A DNA stretch of 32,452 bases from Chiloscyllium plagiosum (lineage: Eukaryota). A program made the position numbers and the translations under genes. The stretch spans positions 3,903,763 to 3,936,214 of the forward strand of contig NC_057757.1 of assembly GCF_004010195.1 (NCBI RefSeq), written 5' to 3'. Below the pieces are notes generated by a model. It did not search any database. It saw only the letters and a list, made by a program, of their open reading frames with translations, and had not been told where the DNA came from. Positions 23,351 to 32,452 of the stretch are shown one piece after another. The stretch's first letter is position 1, and every line of letters begins with the position of its first letter.

Positions 23351-24658
23351 GATGAGAAATGGAGGTGTTCGGTGGCAGGAGTAAACAGACTGAGGCAGAA
23401 TGTTTGCGTGGTTATAGTTAATGTACATGTATTGTAGTGTACTCACAGGGTAAGACTAAGGGGTTTCAAAATGAAGCCATAATTTGTATATTGATGGTTC
23501 ATTTTTTAAGGGGGAGGCATGACGATGGTTGCCCCTTTAACAAGGATATTTTGTCCTTGGACTTTTTCAAGATGGGGCCATAAAGGCAGAGATACCGATG
23601 TGTCTGGATTGCTACTTTAAAGAATGACAGGGGAGTGGCCAGTTGTCCCAGTTAAGGTTTTTATTTCTAGTTTATTGTTTTTTTTTAGCTGGCAGTCGGA
23701 AACAGCTGGTAACAGAGAAGCAGTTACTGTGAAAAAGGCTTCCATGCTTCAACAGATGTTTCTTACCTGACTCTTCTCTCTGCAATCCCTCCCACCTGTA
23801 AGAACCTGTGCTTGAATTCACCATTTGCCAAGGGGTGTGTTCTTGGGATTTTGTGGGGACTGGAACAATTCCTTCATTAAGTAACGATTTTGAGTTTGTT
23901 GGCGTTTCCAAATAGTCAAGTTATGCTAAATTCTTTTTTTTGTGTTTCAACCATAGTGTGTAAATAAATTCTGTTTTGCTTAAAGCCGAGTGCTTTGACC
24001 AGCTGCATCTCTCCTGGAATATCCACTTTATAGCTGCCTTTAAAATAAGTACATGTTAGGGAATGGGCTACCTTCTTAAAGTGTTTGGAGGGGGTCTGGC
24101 CTGATCCATAACACGCCGCAGTCCACCCTGCTGTCAGCTGACCCACAATGCTATTAAGTCTGTGTGATGTAGGGACACCCACACAATGCCATTCGGGAAG
24201 GGGTTCCAGGAATTTGACCTAGTCAGGATGGTGTGGGTCTTGGAGAGGAATTTGCATGGGGTTGGTGTTCCCATGTATCTGCTGCCCTTGATCTTCTAGA
24301 TGAAGTGGTCGCGGGTTTGGAAGGTGTTAATTAAGGATCTTTGGTGAATTTCTGCAGTGCATCTTGTAGGTGGCACACACTGCTGCTCCTGAGTGTTGGT
24401 GGTGGAGGGAGTAGACATTTGTGGACGTGGTGCCAATCAAACGGGCTGCTTTGCCCTGGATGGTGTCAAGTGTCTTGAGTGTTATTGGAGCTGCACCCAT
24501 CCAGGCAAATGGGGAGTATTCCCTCACACTTTTGACTTGTGCCTTGTAGATGGCAGATAGGCTTTGGAGAGTCAGGAGGTGAGTTACTTGTTGCAGTATT
24601 CCCAGCTTCTGACCTGCTCATGTAGCCGCAGTGTTTATGTGGTGAATCCAGTTGAGTT

Positions 24659-25295
24659 TGTGACACTGCTATGCCTTCAAGAAGTGTTATTTTGTCCTGG
24701 TTTCTTTTAAGAGAGAGATTGAACAAGAGGCACTGAGCAGTCTGTGGTAATATTAGCAGCTGGTGAGACCGTTGAGCTTCTTTATAAGTTGGAACAATAG
24801 AAGCAGCCTGGATGGATGTTGGCACCTCTCACAGTACCAAGATTTCGAGCTTTTTTGTTAACTTTTACATTCAGCAGAACCTGCTGGGGTCTTGAAGAAA
24901 TTAAAGCTATTTTTCACCCTCTCTTGATTACAGCTAGAAACTGGGCTTTCTCTTCCTACAGCAGGCATTGCTTGTGGGAATATCTGATTTCTGAATTTTC
25001 CTTTGTGCCAAGGGGTGTGTTTATGGGATGTGACTATATTGGAACAGTTCATTAGTAATAGGTACCATAGCTATTATTCTGTTAAACTTTACAATAAAGT
25101 CAAGTTTTCTAAATTCATCTTTCTTCTGTTATAGTTTAACCATAGTGTTTGCATAAATTGGGTTTTGGTTAACGTTGAGTCATTTGACCAGTCGCATTGT
25201 ATTTGGAACACTGCACTTTACATTAATTTTCAAAATAAGAAAAAGTTACCTTCTTAACATGTTTTGAACAGCTCTGGTCTGGTTGATCCTTACCA
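24659..25295 (+). mobile_element. Solo LTR of a related Gypsy subfamily
   Basis: TGTGACAC...CCTTACCA termini. Shares TTTGTCCT, GCCAAGGGGTGTGTTTATGGGATG, TTTGACCAG and TACCTTCTTAA blocks with the other LTRs, and the host LINE resumes afterwards. TSD is not clean. Confidence 0.8.
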
Positions 25296-25733
25296 GCTTT
25301 CCAGTCAACGATAATGTTGATTCAGTGATGGTAACACCATAGAATGCTAAGGGGCAGTGGTTAGATTGTCTCCTATTGGAGATGGTCATTGCCTGGCATT
25401 TGTGTGTAACACGAATGTTACTTGCCACTTGTCAGACCAAGCCTGGATATTGTCCTGATCTTGTTAATACTAAAACAGATTATTTTTTATTCATAAAAGA
25501 AGCCTGGTGTGTGATACTTTTAGGGTGGACAGCAGAGAAAGTATTAGCCATTTTGGTAATTCAGTCTGAAAGCAACAAATGCTGGAGATCACAGCAGTCA
25601 GGCAGCGTCCATGGAGAGAGAGCAAGCTAACATTTCGAGTCTAGTTGATTCTTCATCAGAGAGGGTAATTCACAGTCATATAAACTGCATAATTGCCGGA
25701 GTGGTGGGTTTTAATCTTCCAGTTCAGTTTCTA

Positions 25734-25954
25734 GTCAAAACATGTGGTGGTGAGAAAGCACAGCAGGTCAGGCAGCATCCGAGGAGCAAGAGAATCGACG
25801 TTTCGGGCATTAGCCCCTTTATCACATTCCTGATGAAGGGCTAATGCCTGAAACGTCGAATCTCCTGCTCCTCAGATGCTGCCTGACCCCCTGTGCTTTC
25901 CCTGCAATGCCTTTTTTAACTCTGATCTCCAGCGTCTGCAGCCCTCACTTTCTC
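25734..25954. mobile_element. 221-bp Penelope-derived fold-back element, second and more diverged copy
   Basis: 15-bp TSD CCAGTTCAGTTTCTA (25719-25733 / 25955-25969); inverted arms centred at ~25827. Confidence 0.88.
25826..25861 (+). ncRNA. Minimal type I hammerhead ribozyme motif, core intact
   Basis: AUUC-CUGAUGA-A-GGGC-UAAU-GCCU-GAAA-CG-UC^GAAU. Stem I AUUC/GAAU is fully paired and ACGU is palindromic in place of stem III. Predicted cut after 25857. Confidence 0.72.
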
Positions 25955-26158
25955 CCAGTTCAGTTTCTACTCAGTGGTAACTCCTCCCCCCCACCCCACC
26001 CCACCGCCCAGGATGTTGATCGTGTGGGAGGGGATTCAGCCTTGGTAACACCACTGAATGTCAAACGGCAACAGTTCAGTTGTTGGAGACAGCCATTGCC
26101 TGGCATTCGTATGGCGCCGATCTTACTTTCATTAAAGTGGTCCTCTCTCTGTTTTCAG

Positions 26159-26365
26159 CGCGGCGATCAAATTCTTCCACATCCACGGTCAAAGCCATCA
26201 TGGTTTCAACATGGCAACCAATGTCTTCTACAACCATGGTAACAACCATGGGAAAATGTCAGAAGTTGCCCTGGATTGTAGCGATTGCGTGTGTAGTGAT
26301 AGTGCTCATTGCTATCATGGTGATAGCAGCTACCGTATACTGCAAGAAAAAACGTCAGCAGCGAG
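26159..26365 (+). CDS. Ser/Thr-rich stalk + transmembrane exon of an inhibitory-type Ig receptor
   Basis: 207 nt, phase 1/1. Acceptor tcctctctctgttttcag|CG, donor CGAG|gtaagg. Encodes ARRSNSSTSTVKAIMVSTWQPMSSTTMVTTMGKCQK-LPWIVAIACVVIVLIAIMVIAATVYC-KKKRQQR (uncharged TM, basic stop-transfer). Confidence 0.9.
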
Positions 26366-27494
26366 GTAAGGAGTCCGTCCCCAGTACCCACACCCCTCGC
26401 CATGGGCCATTTCCTCCAAGGGACCCGGGCATCACTTATGGGGTGCCAACGAGTACCCAGTTGCCCTCATGAAGGTGGCATTCTCCTCCCGTCTCCACAG
26501 GAGCACCCCCTTCCCTTCTCACAGAGCGACCCCTCTTTCCCAGAGGGCAGCTCAAGCGTCAACCTCCGTCGCCACGGGTCTGGAGTCACGTGTGCTGCCC
26601 GGACCGGGTAAGGGTGGCAGGGACCCCTTCCCCCTCGAGGGCGGGATTTTTAAACTCCGAGAGATGAATCCATTGGTTTTGGGGACCCAATAGAGATCTC
26701 ACCAGGTTTGGCTCCTGGAGTGACTTGCTTCACTGTGATTCCTCCCACCCATACCCCTCCCCCACCTCGGTGCCATCCCATACTCTGAGTCAACCAACCT
26801 GGCACTATTACTGTGCCCGTCTCGCTAGGTCATTGATGCCCATGTACCAATCGGAAAGCCATTCCTGGCACAGGTCATAGGGGCACCCGTTACCTCAGAG
26901 AGAACTCTCACCATCATTGCCCACTGCCTACTCAGAGGTTGGCGGGGCACAAAGGAAGAGGTTGGGCGGGCCTGAATTGATGTTGTCAGATTGAGGTACA
27001 GTGAAAGGTTTTGTTGTGCATCTCTCAGCACAAGCTGTTGGGCCCATTGTGCTAGTATGAGTTCCCCCTCTGATCCCCCTCCCCCCAGGTGCCAATGCTT
27101 ATCCGATTCCCTTCGGAAAGTTGCCAAGGGAGACTCTTCCCACATGGTGGGTGGCAATCCGAACCCCAAATTCTCCTCCCAAAGAGAAAATGGCATCTCG
27201 GGACAACACAAGGGCAAGAAGGTCAAGGAGCAAGCTTTCCTGAAAAGGGGAATAGGGACCAGGAACAGTGCATCATACCACCCTCTGCCATGTCTTCCAG
27301 ACCAAACCGCGGTCAGTCACAGATTTCAAGAGTGGGATTGGTGCATTTTTTGTTGTGGAGAAAGCGAGGGCAGATAGTATGCTCTGGTGGGGCTGAATGG
27401 CCTCCTCCTGTTCTGATAACCTGACCCTGAAACACATGCCAATCACAGGCCAGAGGCTGCAGTGAATCTGAAACCAAATGGAACTCTTTCAAAA

Positions 27495-27507
27495 CAGTTT
27501 CGGTTTC
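27495..27507 (+). promoter_or_regulatory. Candidate intronic ISRE/IRF site
   Basis: CAGTTTCGGTTTC fits the AGTTTCNNTTTC consensus and lies in apparently unique DNA. Confidence 0.4.
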
Positions 27508-27819
27508 TTCTTGGAATGTGTTTGGAAGTTGGAAGCGTGCCAGAGACACACGTCTTTGAGAGAAGGTGAAGAGCGATTTTGTCGGGTAATGTCTTTCGAG
27601 GCGCTTAGCCAATGACCACTCCCCACTGCCCTTTTCTGCGCTGCCTACCAAAGTCAAAGAGCTGCCTCCCCTTTCCAGAGAGAGAAAGGCGAGTGAGGGG
27701 AGAAAGAGGCAGAATGGGATAGAGGTGGAGAGTGAGATAGGCGCAGAAAGGGAGAATGGACAAAAGAATCTAACTTACCCATTCCTGGCTCTGTGTCTTA
27801 CAGCCCTACCTCTGTATCA

Positions 27820-28080
27820 GAGACAGAGAGACACAGTGTCACAGAGACATAGGGTCAGGCAGACATAGAGACACAGTGTCATAGAGACAGAGAGACATAG
27901 GATTGTACAGATGTAGAGACATGGGGTCATAGAAACATAGTGTCATAGGGTCATAGAGATATAGAGACATGGAGACATAAAGACTTAGGGTCATAGGGTC
28001 ATCAGGACATAGGGTCATAAAATCATAGAGTCATGGAGAAATGGAGACTTGAAGTCATACAGACCAAGAGACATAGAGAT
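27820..28080. repeat. Degenerate 8-bp microsatellite (CATAGAGA/CATAGGGT) expanded from a CR1 tail
   Basis: Repeated AGAGACAT / AGGGTCAT units abutting the 3' end of the minus-strand CR1. Confidence 0.8.
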
Positions 28081-28955
28081 GTACAGCATGGAAACAGACC
28101 CTTCGGTCCAACTTGTCCATGCTGGCCAGATATCCCAATCTAATCTAGTCCCATTTGGCAGCATTTGGCCCATATCCCTCTAAACCCTTCCTAATCCTGT
28201 ATCCATCCAGATGCCTTTTAAATGCTGTAATTGTAACAGCTTCTACTGCTTCCCCTGGTAGCTCATTCCATACATGCACCATCCTCGGTCTGATAAAATT
28301 GCCCCTCAGGTCCCTTTTAAATCTTTCCCCTCTCATCTTAAACCTTTGCTCTCTAGTTTCAGACTCCCCCACCCAGGGGAAAAAGGCCTTGTCTATTTAC
28401 CCTCTCCTTGACCCTCATGATTTCTATAAGGTCATAACTCAGCCTCCAACACTTGGGGTGGCACAGTGGCTCAGTGGCTAGCACTGTAGCCTCATAGCAC
28501 CAGCGTCTCAGGTTCAATTCCAGTCTTGGGTGACTGTCTGTATGGAGTTTGCACATTCTCCCTGTGCCGGCGTGGGTTTCCTCCTACAGTCCAAAGCAGT
28601 GCAGGTGTGGTGAATTGGCCATGCTAAATTGCCCCTAGTGTTAAGCGTGTCATTCAGAGGGAAATGGGTCTGGGTGGGTTACTCTTTGGAGGGTTGATGT
28701 GGACTGGTTGGGCCAAAGGGCCTGTTTCCACATTGTAGGGAATCTAATCTAAATACCCCAGCCTCTCCCTATAGCTCAAACCCCAGCAACATCCTTGTAA
28801 ATCTTTTCTGAACCCTTTCAAGTTTAACAACATCCTTCCTATAGCAGGGAGACCAGAATTGCACACAATATTCCACAAGTGGGCCGAACCAATGTCCTGT
28901 ACAGCCTCAACATGACCTCCCAACTCCTGTACTCGATTCACTGACCAATAAAGGT
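28075..28955 (-). mobile_element. CR1-type LINE 3' portion containing an HE1 SINE (28455-28752, +)
   Basis: Minus-strand RFKMRGERFKRDLRGNF...VWNELPGEAVEA. SINE head GGGGTGGCACAGTGGCTCAGTGG and tail AATCTAATCTAA. Confidence 0.88.
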
Positions 28956-29254
28956 AAGCTTCTTCACTACCCTGTCTCCCAGAGGGGCAACAACGCAGGT
29001 CCAAAGTGTGGGTATTGCTGTGCTCACCCATACTGAGGCAGCCAGAGGTTAACCACCAATGCAAGCAACCAAGATGGCAGGCAGCATGATTTGGCCAAAG
29101 CAACGATTGAGACATGCAGTTGTCACATTGGCATCTACCTGACAATATGGAAAGTTCTAGCAATAATAGAAATTGCCAAAGAAAGTCTTCAGCACCTAAC
29201 AAGGTATGTAAATAGAAAAATATAGTTACACTTTCGAGTCGAGTGACCCTTCCC

Positions 29255-30100
29255 TCAAAAAACAGGACAGATCCAACCCGGCTATTTACCGCCCCATCAG
29301 TCTCCTCTTGATCATCAGTAAAGTGTTGGAAGGTGTCATCAGCAAAACAGCACCCACTCAGCAATACCCTGCTCAGTGACGCCCAGTTTGGGTTCCCCCA
29401 GGGCCACTCAGTTCCTGCCCTCAGGTAACATTCATGTCACACAAAGGCCAGGCTATGACCATCACCGATAACAGACAATCTAACCACCGCCCCTTAACAT
29501 TCATCGGTGTTACCATCTCTGAATCCCTCCACTATCAATATCCTGGAGGTTATCATTGACCAAAAACTCAACTTGACCCGCCATATAAACACAGTGGCTA
29601 CAAGAGTAGGTCAGAGGCTAGGAATACTGCAGTGAGTAACTCACCTCCTGACTCCCCAAAGCCTGTCCACCATCGACAAGGCGCAACTCAGGAGAGTGAG
29701 GGAATACTCCCCACTGACCCTGGTGAACAACACTCGAGAAGCTTGACACCATCCAGGGACAAAGCAGCCCCTGCTTGACTGGCACCACATACACCTCCCT
29801 CCGCCGCTGACCCTCAGTAGCAGCAGTGTGTACCGTCTACAAGATGCACTGCTGAAACTCACTAAAGATCCTCAGACAGCATCTTCCAAACCCACGACCC
29901 CTTCCATTGAGAAGGACAAGGGTGGCAGATACATGGGAACACCATCCCCCTGCATATTCCCCTCCGCGCCCCTTCCCATCCCAACTTGGAAATATATCAG
30001 CCGTTCCTTCAGTGTTGCTGGGTCAGAATCCTGGAACTTCCTGCCTAACAGGACTGTGTGCGTGTCCCTACACCACATGGGACTGCAGTGGTACAAGAAG
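29255..30100 (+). mobile_element. Older CR1-like LINE family fragment, internally deleted RT to 3' region
   Basis: KKQDRSNPAIYRPISLL.IISKVLE...AQFGF, then a region homologous to the reverse complement of 24200-24650. Confidence 0.82.
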
Positions 30101-30256
30101 CCAACTGTCTCAAAAGGGACAGTGGCTAGAACTGAGAGGGGTGGGTGCTCAGGAGGGGTGGGTGTTGTAGTTTCACTGGTGGAGATGGTGGGGAATCGCT
30201 TACAAACACGAGAGCGTGTCCCCTGAGTGCTTTGCCATCTGCTTTGTATCTTTCAG

Positions 30257-30300
30257 ATTCCGGCGCACCGTGCCAACCTGAGACAGCGCCCGCTGGTGAG
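30257..30300 (+). CDS. Small cytoplasmic exon of the inhibitory receptor
   Basis: 44 nt. Acceptor ctgctttgtatctttcag|, donor GAG|gtaaga. Phase 1 to 0 exactly bridges the TM exon and the ITIM exon; encodes DSGAPCQPETAPAGE. Confidence 0.7.
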
Positions 30301-31104
30301 GTAAGACCCAGAGGTGGATGGAGGTGGGGCAAACTCGGGAAATGGCAAGGGGGTGTGGGTGGGGGAGGACACTTCCTCACAGCACCCTCGGGAATCTGAC
30401 GGGATAATGTTGGAAATAGGAGCGGGTGTAGGCCATTCGCTCACCCCCGTTCCCACCCCGAGCCCGCTCCCCAAGTGTTGGAGGCTGAGATGTGACCTTA
30501 TAGAGGTTTATAAAGTCATAAGGGTCAATATGGGAGCAATGTCAAAGGTCAGCTGCTAAGGTTGCTGCCAAGCGACGGGAATGGTCGACTCTTCCCATGC
30601 CTCTTTCTCATATCCCCAGTTTCCGTAATCTTCTTTTTTTGGCCTCGTCATGCTCCATGAACTCCGGCATTCTGGACAGAGCGGGGCCTAGCGGTACACA
30701 GCAAGATCCCATGGAGCTGTGGAACTGCTACCTCCCACTGGGTGACGGCTGAGCTCCCCTCTCCCCACCTTGCCCAGCCACTGTTTGTATCTCCCAGCCT
30801 CCCCGCGCTCCCCCATCCCCCGAATGTACCCGAACGGTGTCGTCAACACTGGATTGAGGCTTTCATTTCCATAGTGCCTTCCCTGGCCTCAGGACGATCC
30901 ACCAAGGACTCGGTCCTTACAAGTTATTTTTTCTCGGGAGGCATTTTCGTCTTCCCTCGCGCCACCTCACCTGAATGACGGCGTTCCAGAACCTTCTCCT
31001 CCTGGGGTCGGCCTGGAAACTCGACCGGGAGGGACGAGGCCTGAAGGTTTTGCCCATTGTCTTGGGGAACATGACTGGGGGGCTAGAGGGATCCAGGGGC
31101 CTGC

Positions 31105-31140
31105 ATGCGCGTGCGTGTGTGTATTCACGTGTGTCTGTGA

Positions 31141-31175
<35 letters not shown>

Positions 31176-31530
31176 CGTATCTGTGTGTGTGTGAGCGTGT
31201 GTTCACATCTGAGCGCACACGTGTGTGCTCGTGTCTATGCGTGCTCATATCTGTGTGTGTGTGCTTGTGTCTGCGTGTGCGTGTGCACGTGTCTGTGTGT
31301 GTGCGTGCATTTGTGTGCAAACGTGTCTGTATGTGTGCACGTGTTTGGTGTGTGCTCTCATGTCTGTGTGTGTGTGGACATGTGCGTGTGTTCGTAACTG
31401 TGTGCACGTGTCTGTACGTGAGCACACACGTATGTGCTCGTGTCTGTCTGTGCGTGCTCATATCTGTGTGTGCTTATGTCTCTGCATGCATGTGTGTGTG
31501 CAAATGTGTCTGTATGTGTGCACGTGTTTG
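31105..31530. repeat. Degenerate (GT)n / purine-pyrimidine alternating tract
   Basis: About 425 bp of GTGT/GCGT/GCAC alternation with internally duplicated blocks (GTGCTCATATCTGTGTGTG). Confidence 0.93.
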
Positions 31531-31896
31531 TAGGGATGGGCGGGCAGACAGGCACAACGTCGTGTGGCAACTGGTTGCCATGACAACAGCCAGGCCATTA
31601 AGTGAGACGCGGATCCGAGGTGACCCATTTCCACCCCCACACCCAGCCCTGGATATCTGAGGGGAGGGGAAAGGGGGTTGGGGGCAAGAGTTGGCCAAAC
31701 ATGAATCGATAACTCGCCCCACCCTGCCTCCTGCCTCCCACCTCCGGACCTCTATCCAGGTGGTGGACATGGAAGTGCAGGTCGGCGGAAACTCCCAATG
31801 GGATCACTCCCTCTGCAACCCCTTTCTCACCTCCCGTCCCCTCTCTCTCTCTGCTTCACCCACCACCCCCATCCACTGGACCCCCACCCTCATCAG

Positions 31897-32043
31897 CTCG
31901 CCCAGCCGGAAGGCCTGGGCTATGCCTCTCTGCAGGTCGGAGGAGGAGGAAGAAGAGAAGGCCCGATGACCAGGAGCAGGACCCTGCGAGAGGATGGAGA
32001 CGTTGTGAATGCGGCCGTGTTGTTTCAGACAGACTCTCGCTAG
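31897..32043 (+). CDS. Terminal ITIM-bearing cytoplasmic exon (PILRA-like tail)
   Basis: First AG after a ~115-nt AG-free pyrimidine-rich tract; phase 0. Encodes LAQPEGLGYASLQVGGGGRREGPMTRSRTLREDGDVVNAAVLFQTDSR*. LGYASL (31915-31932) fits the ITIM consensus. Confidence 0.78.
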   Translation, partial: LAQPEGLGYASLQVGGGGRREGPMTRSRTLREDGDVVNAAVLFQTDSR

Positions 32044-32200
32044 ATGTCGCCCCTCAAATTCCACCCCCACCCCATCCCCACCTTCCCCTCCCCCACTCTC
32101 AATCCCCTTGCTCCTTGCCCCACAGAGTGCTGAGGCCTACTGGGGGCAGAGATAGGCTTCAATCCTGCTGGCTTGAAGTAGGCCTTTCTCCATCACCTAG

Positions 32201-32452
32201 GAAAAAACAATGACTGCAGATGCTGGAAATCAGATTCTGGATTAGTGGTGCTGGAAAAGCACAGCAGTTCAGGCAGCATCCGAGGAGCAGTAATATCGAC
32301 GTTTTGGGCAAAAGCCCTTCATCAGGAATACAGGCAGAGTGCCTGAAGGGTGGAGAGATAAATAAGAGGAGGGTGGGTGTGGGGAGAAAGTAGCATAGAG
32401 TACAATAGGTGAGTGGGGGAGGGGATGAAGGTGATAGGTCAGGGAGGAGGGT
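32201..32452 (-). mobile_element. 3' end of a longer Penelope-derived element running off the window; hammerhead remnant 32294-32329
   Basis: Same terminal family as 11667-11887. Minus strand reads AUUC-CUGAUGA-A-GGGC-UUUU-GCCC-AAAACGUC (GAAA changed to AAAA). Confidence 0.8.

Larger units (their letters stand above)
15996..24113 (+). mobile_element. Gmr1-like Ty3/Gypsy LTR retrotransposon copy 2, structurally complete but decayed
   Basis: 5' LTR 15996-16306 + ~18064-18345 (TGTGAC...CCATAACA), decayed PBS, PPT AAGGGGGAGG 23508-23517, 3' LTR 23518-24113. Degenerate 4-bp TSD CACT/CGCC. Confidence 0.92.
15900..25460 (-). mobile_element. Second, older CR1-like LINE family, fragmented host (pieces ~15900-15995, 24114-24658, 25296-25460)
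   Basis: Minus-strand REYSPFAWMGAAPITLKTLDTIQGKAARLIG...YKMHCRNSPK and terminal WFKKAAHHHLLKG. The sequence is continuous once LTR element 2 and the solo LTR are removed. Confidence 0.75.

Noticed and set aside
26366-26472. Unspliced tail containing ITYGVP
   Set aside because: Lies beyond a strong donor, and Pro at Y+3 does not fit an ITIM.
27804-27870. Candidate small cytoplasmic exon ALPLYQR after tgtgtcttacag
   Set aside because: Plausible acceptor but no good donor; runs into the microsatellite. May be a damaged exon.
30967-31660. Cys/Val- or His/Thr-rich ORFs
   Set aside because: Translations of the (GT)n tract.
31534-31780. Additional small exons (31534-31601 RDGRADRHNVVWQLV...; 31760-31780 VVDMEVQ)
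   Set aside because: The first cannot be phased between 30300 and 31897 without a frameshift or stop. The second has a weak donor (gtcggc).

Overview
Eukaryotic, repeat-dense DNA, almost certainly from a shark or other elasmobranch (HE1-type V-SINEs, CR1/HER1 LINEs, Penelope-derived elements). It has two N-gaps, 3164-3526 and an exactly 500-N gap at 12231-12730. Hidden among the repeats is a PILR-like (paired Ig-like type 2 receptor/Siglec-related) immune-receptor locus. The minus strand carries a TATA/ETS promoter (~10700-10790), a signal-peptide exon (10595-10637) and an intact V-set exon (2504-2872) with the YFCR sialic-acid-binding Arg motif. Right of the 500-N gap, the plus strand carries a dead SINE-disrupted V exon (13886-14425), a stalk+uncharged TM exon (26159-26365), a 44-nt cytoplasmic exon (30257-30300) and a final exon (31897-32043) with one ITIM (LGYASL) and one Tyr-to-Asn ghost ITIM (VVNAAV). 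All intact exons are splice-phase compatible and would give a 269-aa PILRA-like protein. This is therefore either a head-to-head receptor pair or one gene split by a mis-oriented contig. The introns hold two Gmr1-like Gypsy LTR retrotransposons (SCAN-like gag, tRNA-Pro PBS, 4-bp TSDs, integrase before RT), nested LINEs/SINEs, and TSD-flanked Penelope-derived elements, including two 221-bp fold-backs, that carry minimal hammerhead-ribozyme cores. A G-rich 35-bp minisatellite with a homogenised 104-bp higher-order repeat fills the first 2.2 kb. Family assignments come from motif recognition and recalled sequences, not database searches.
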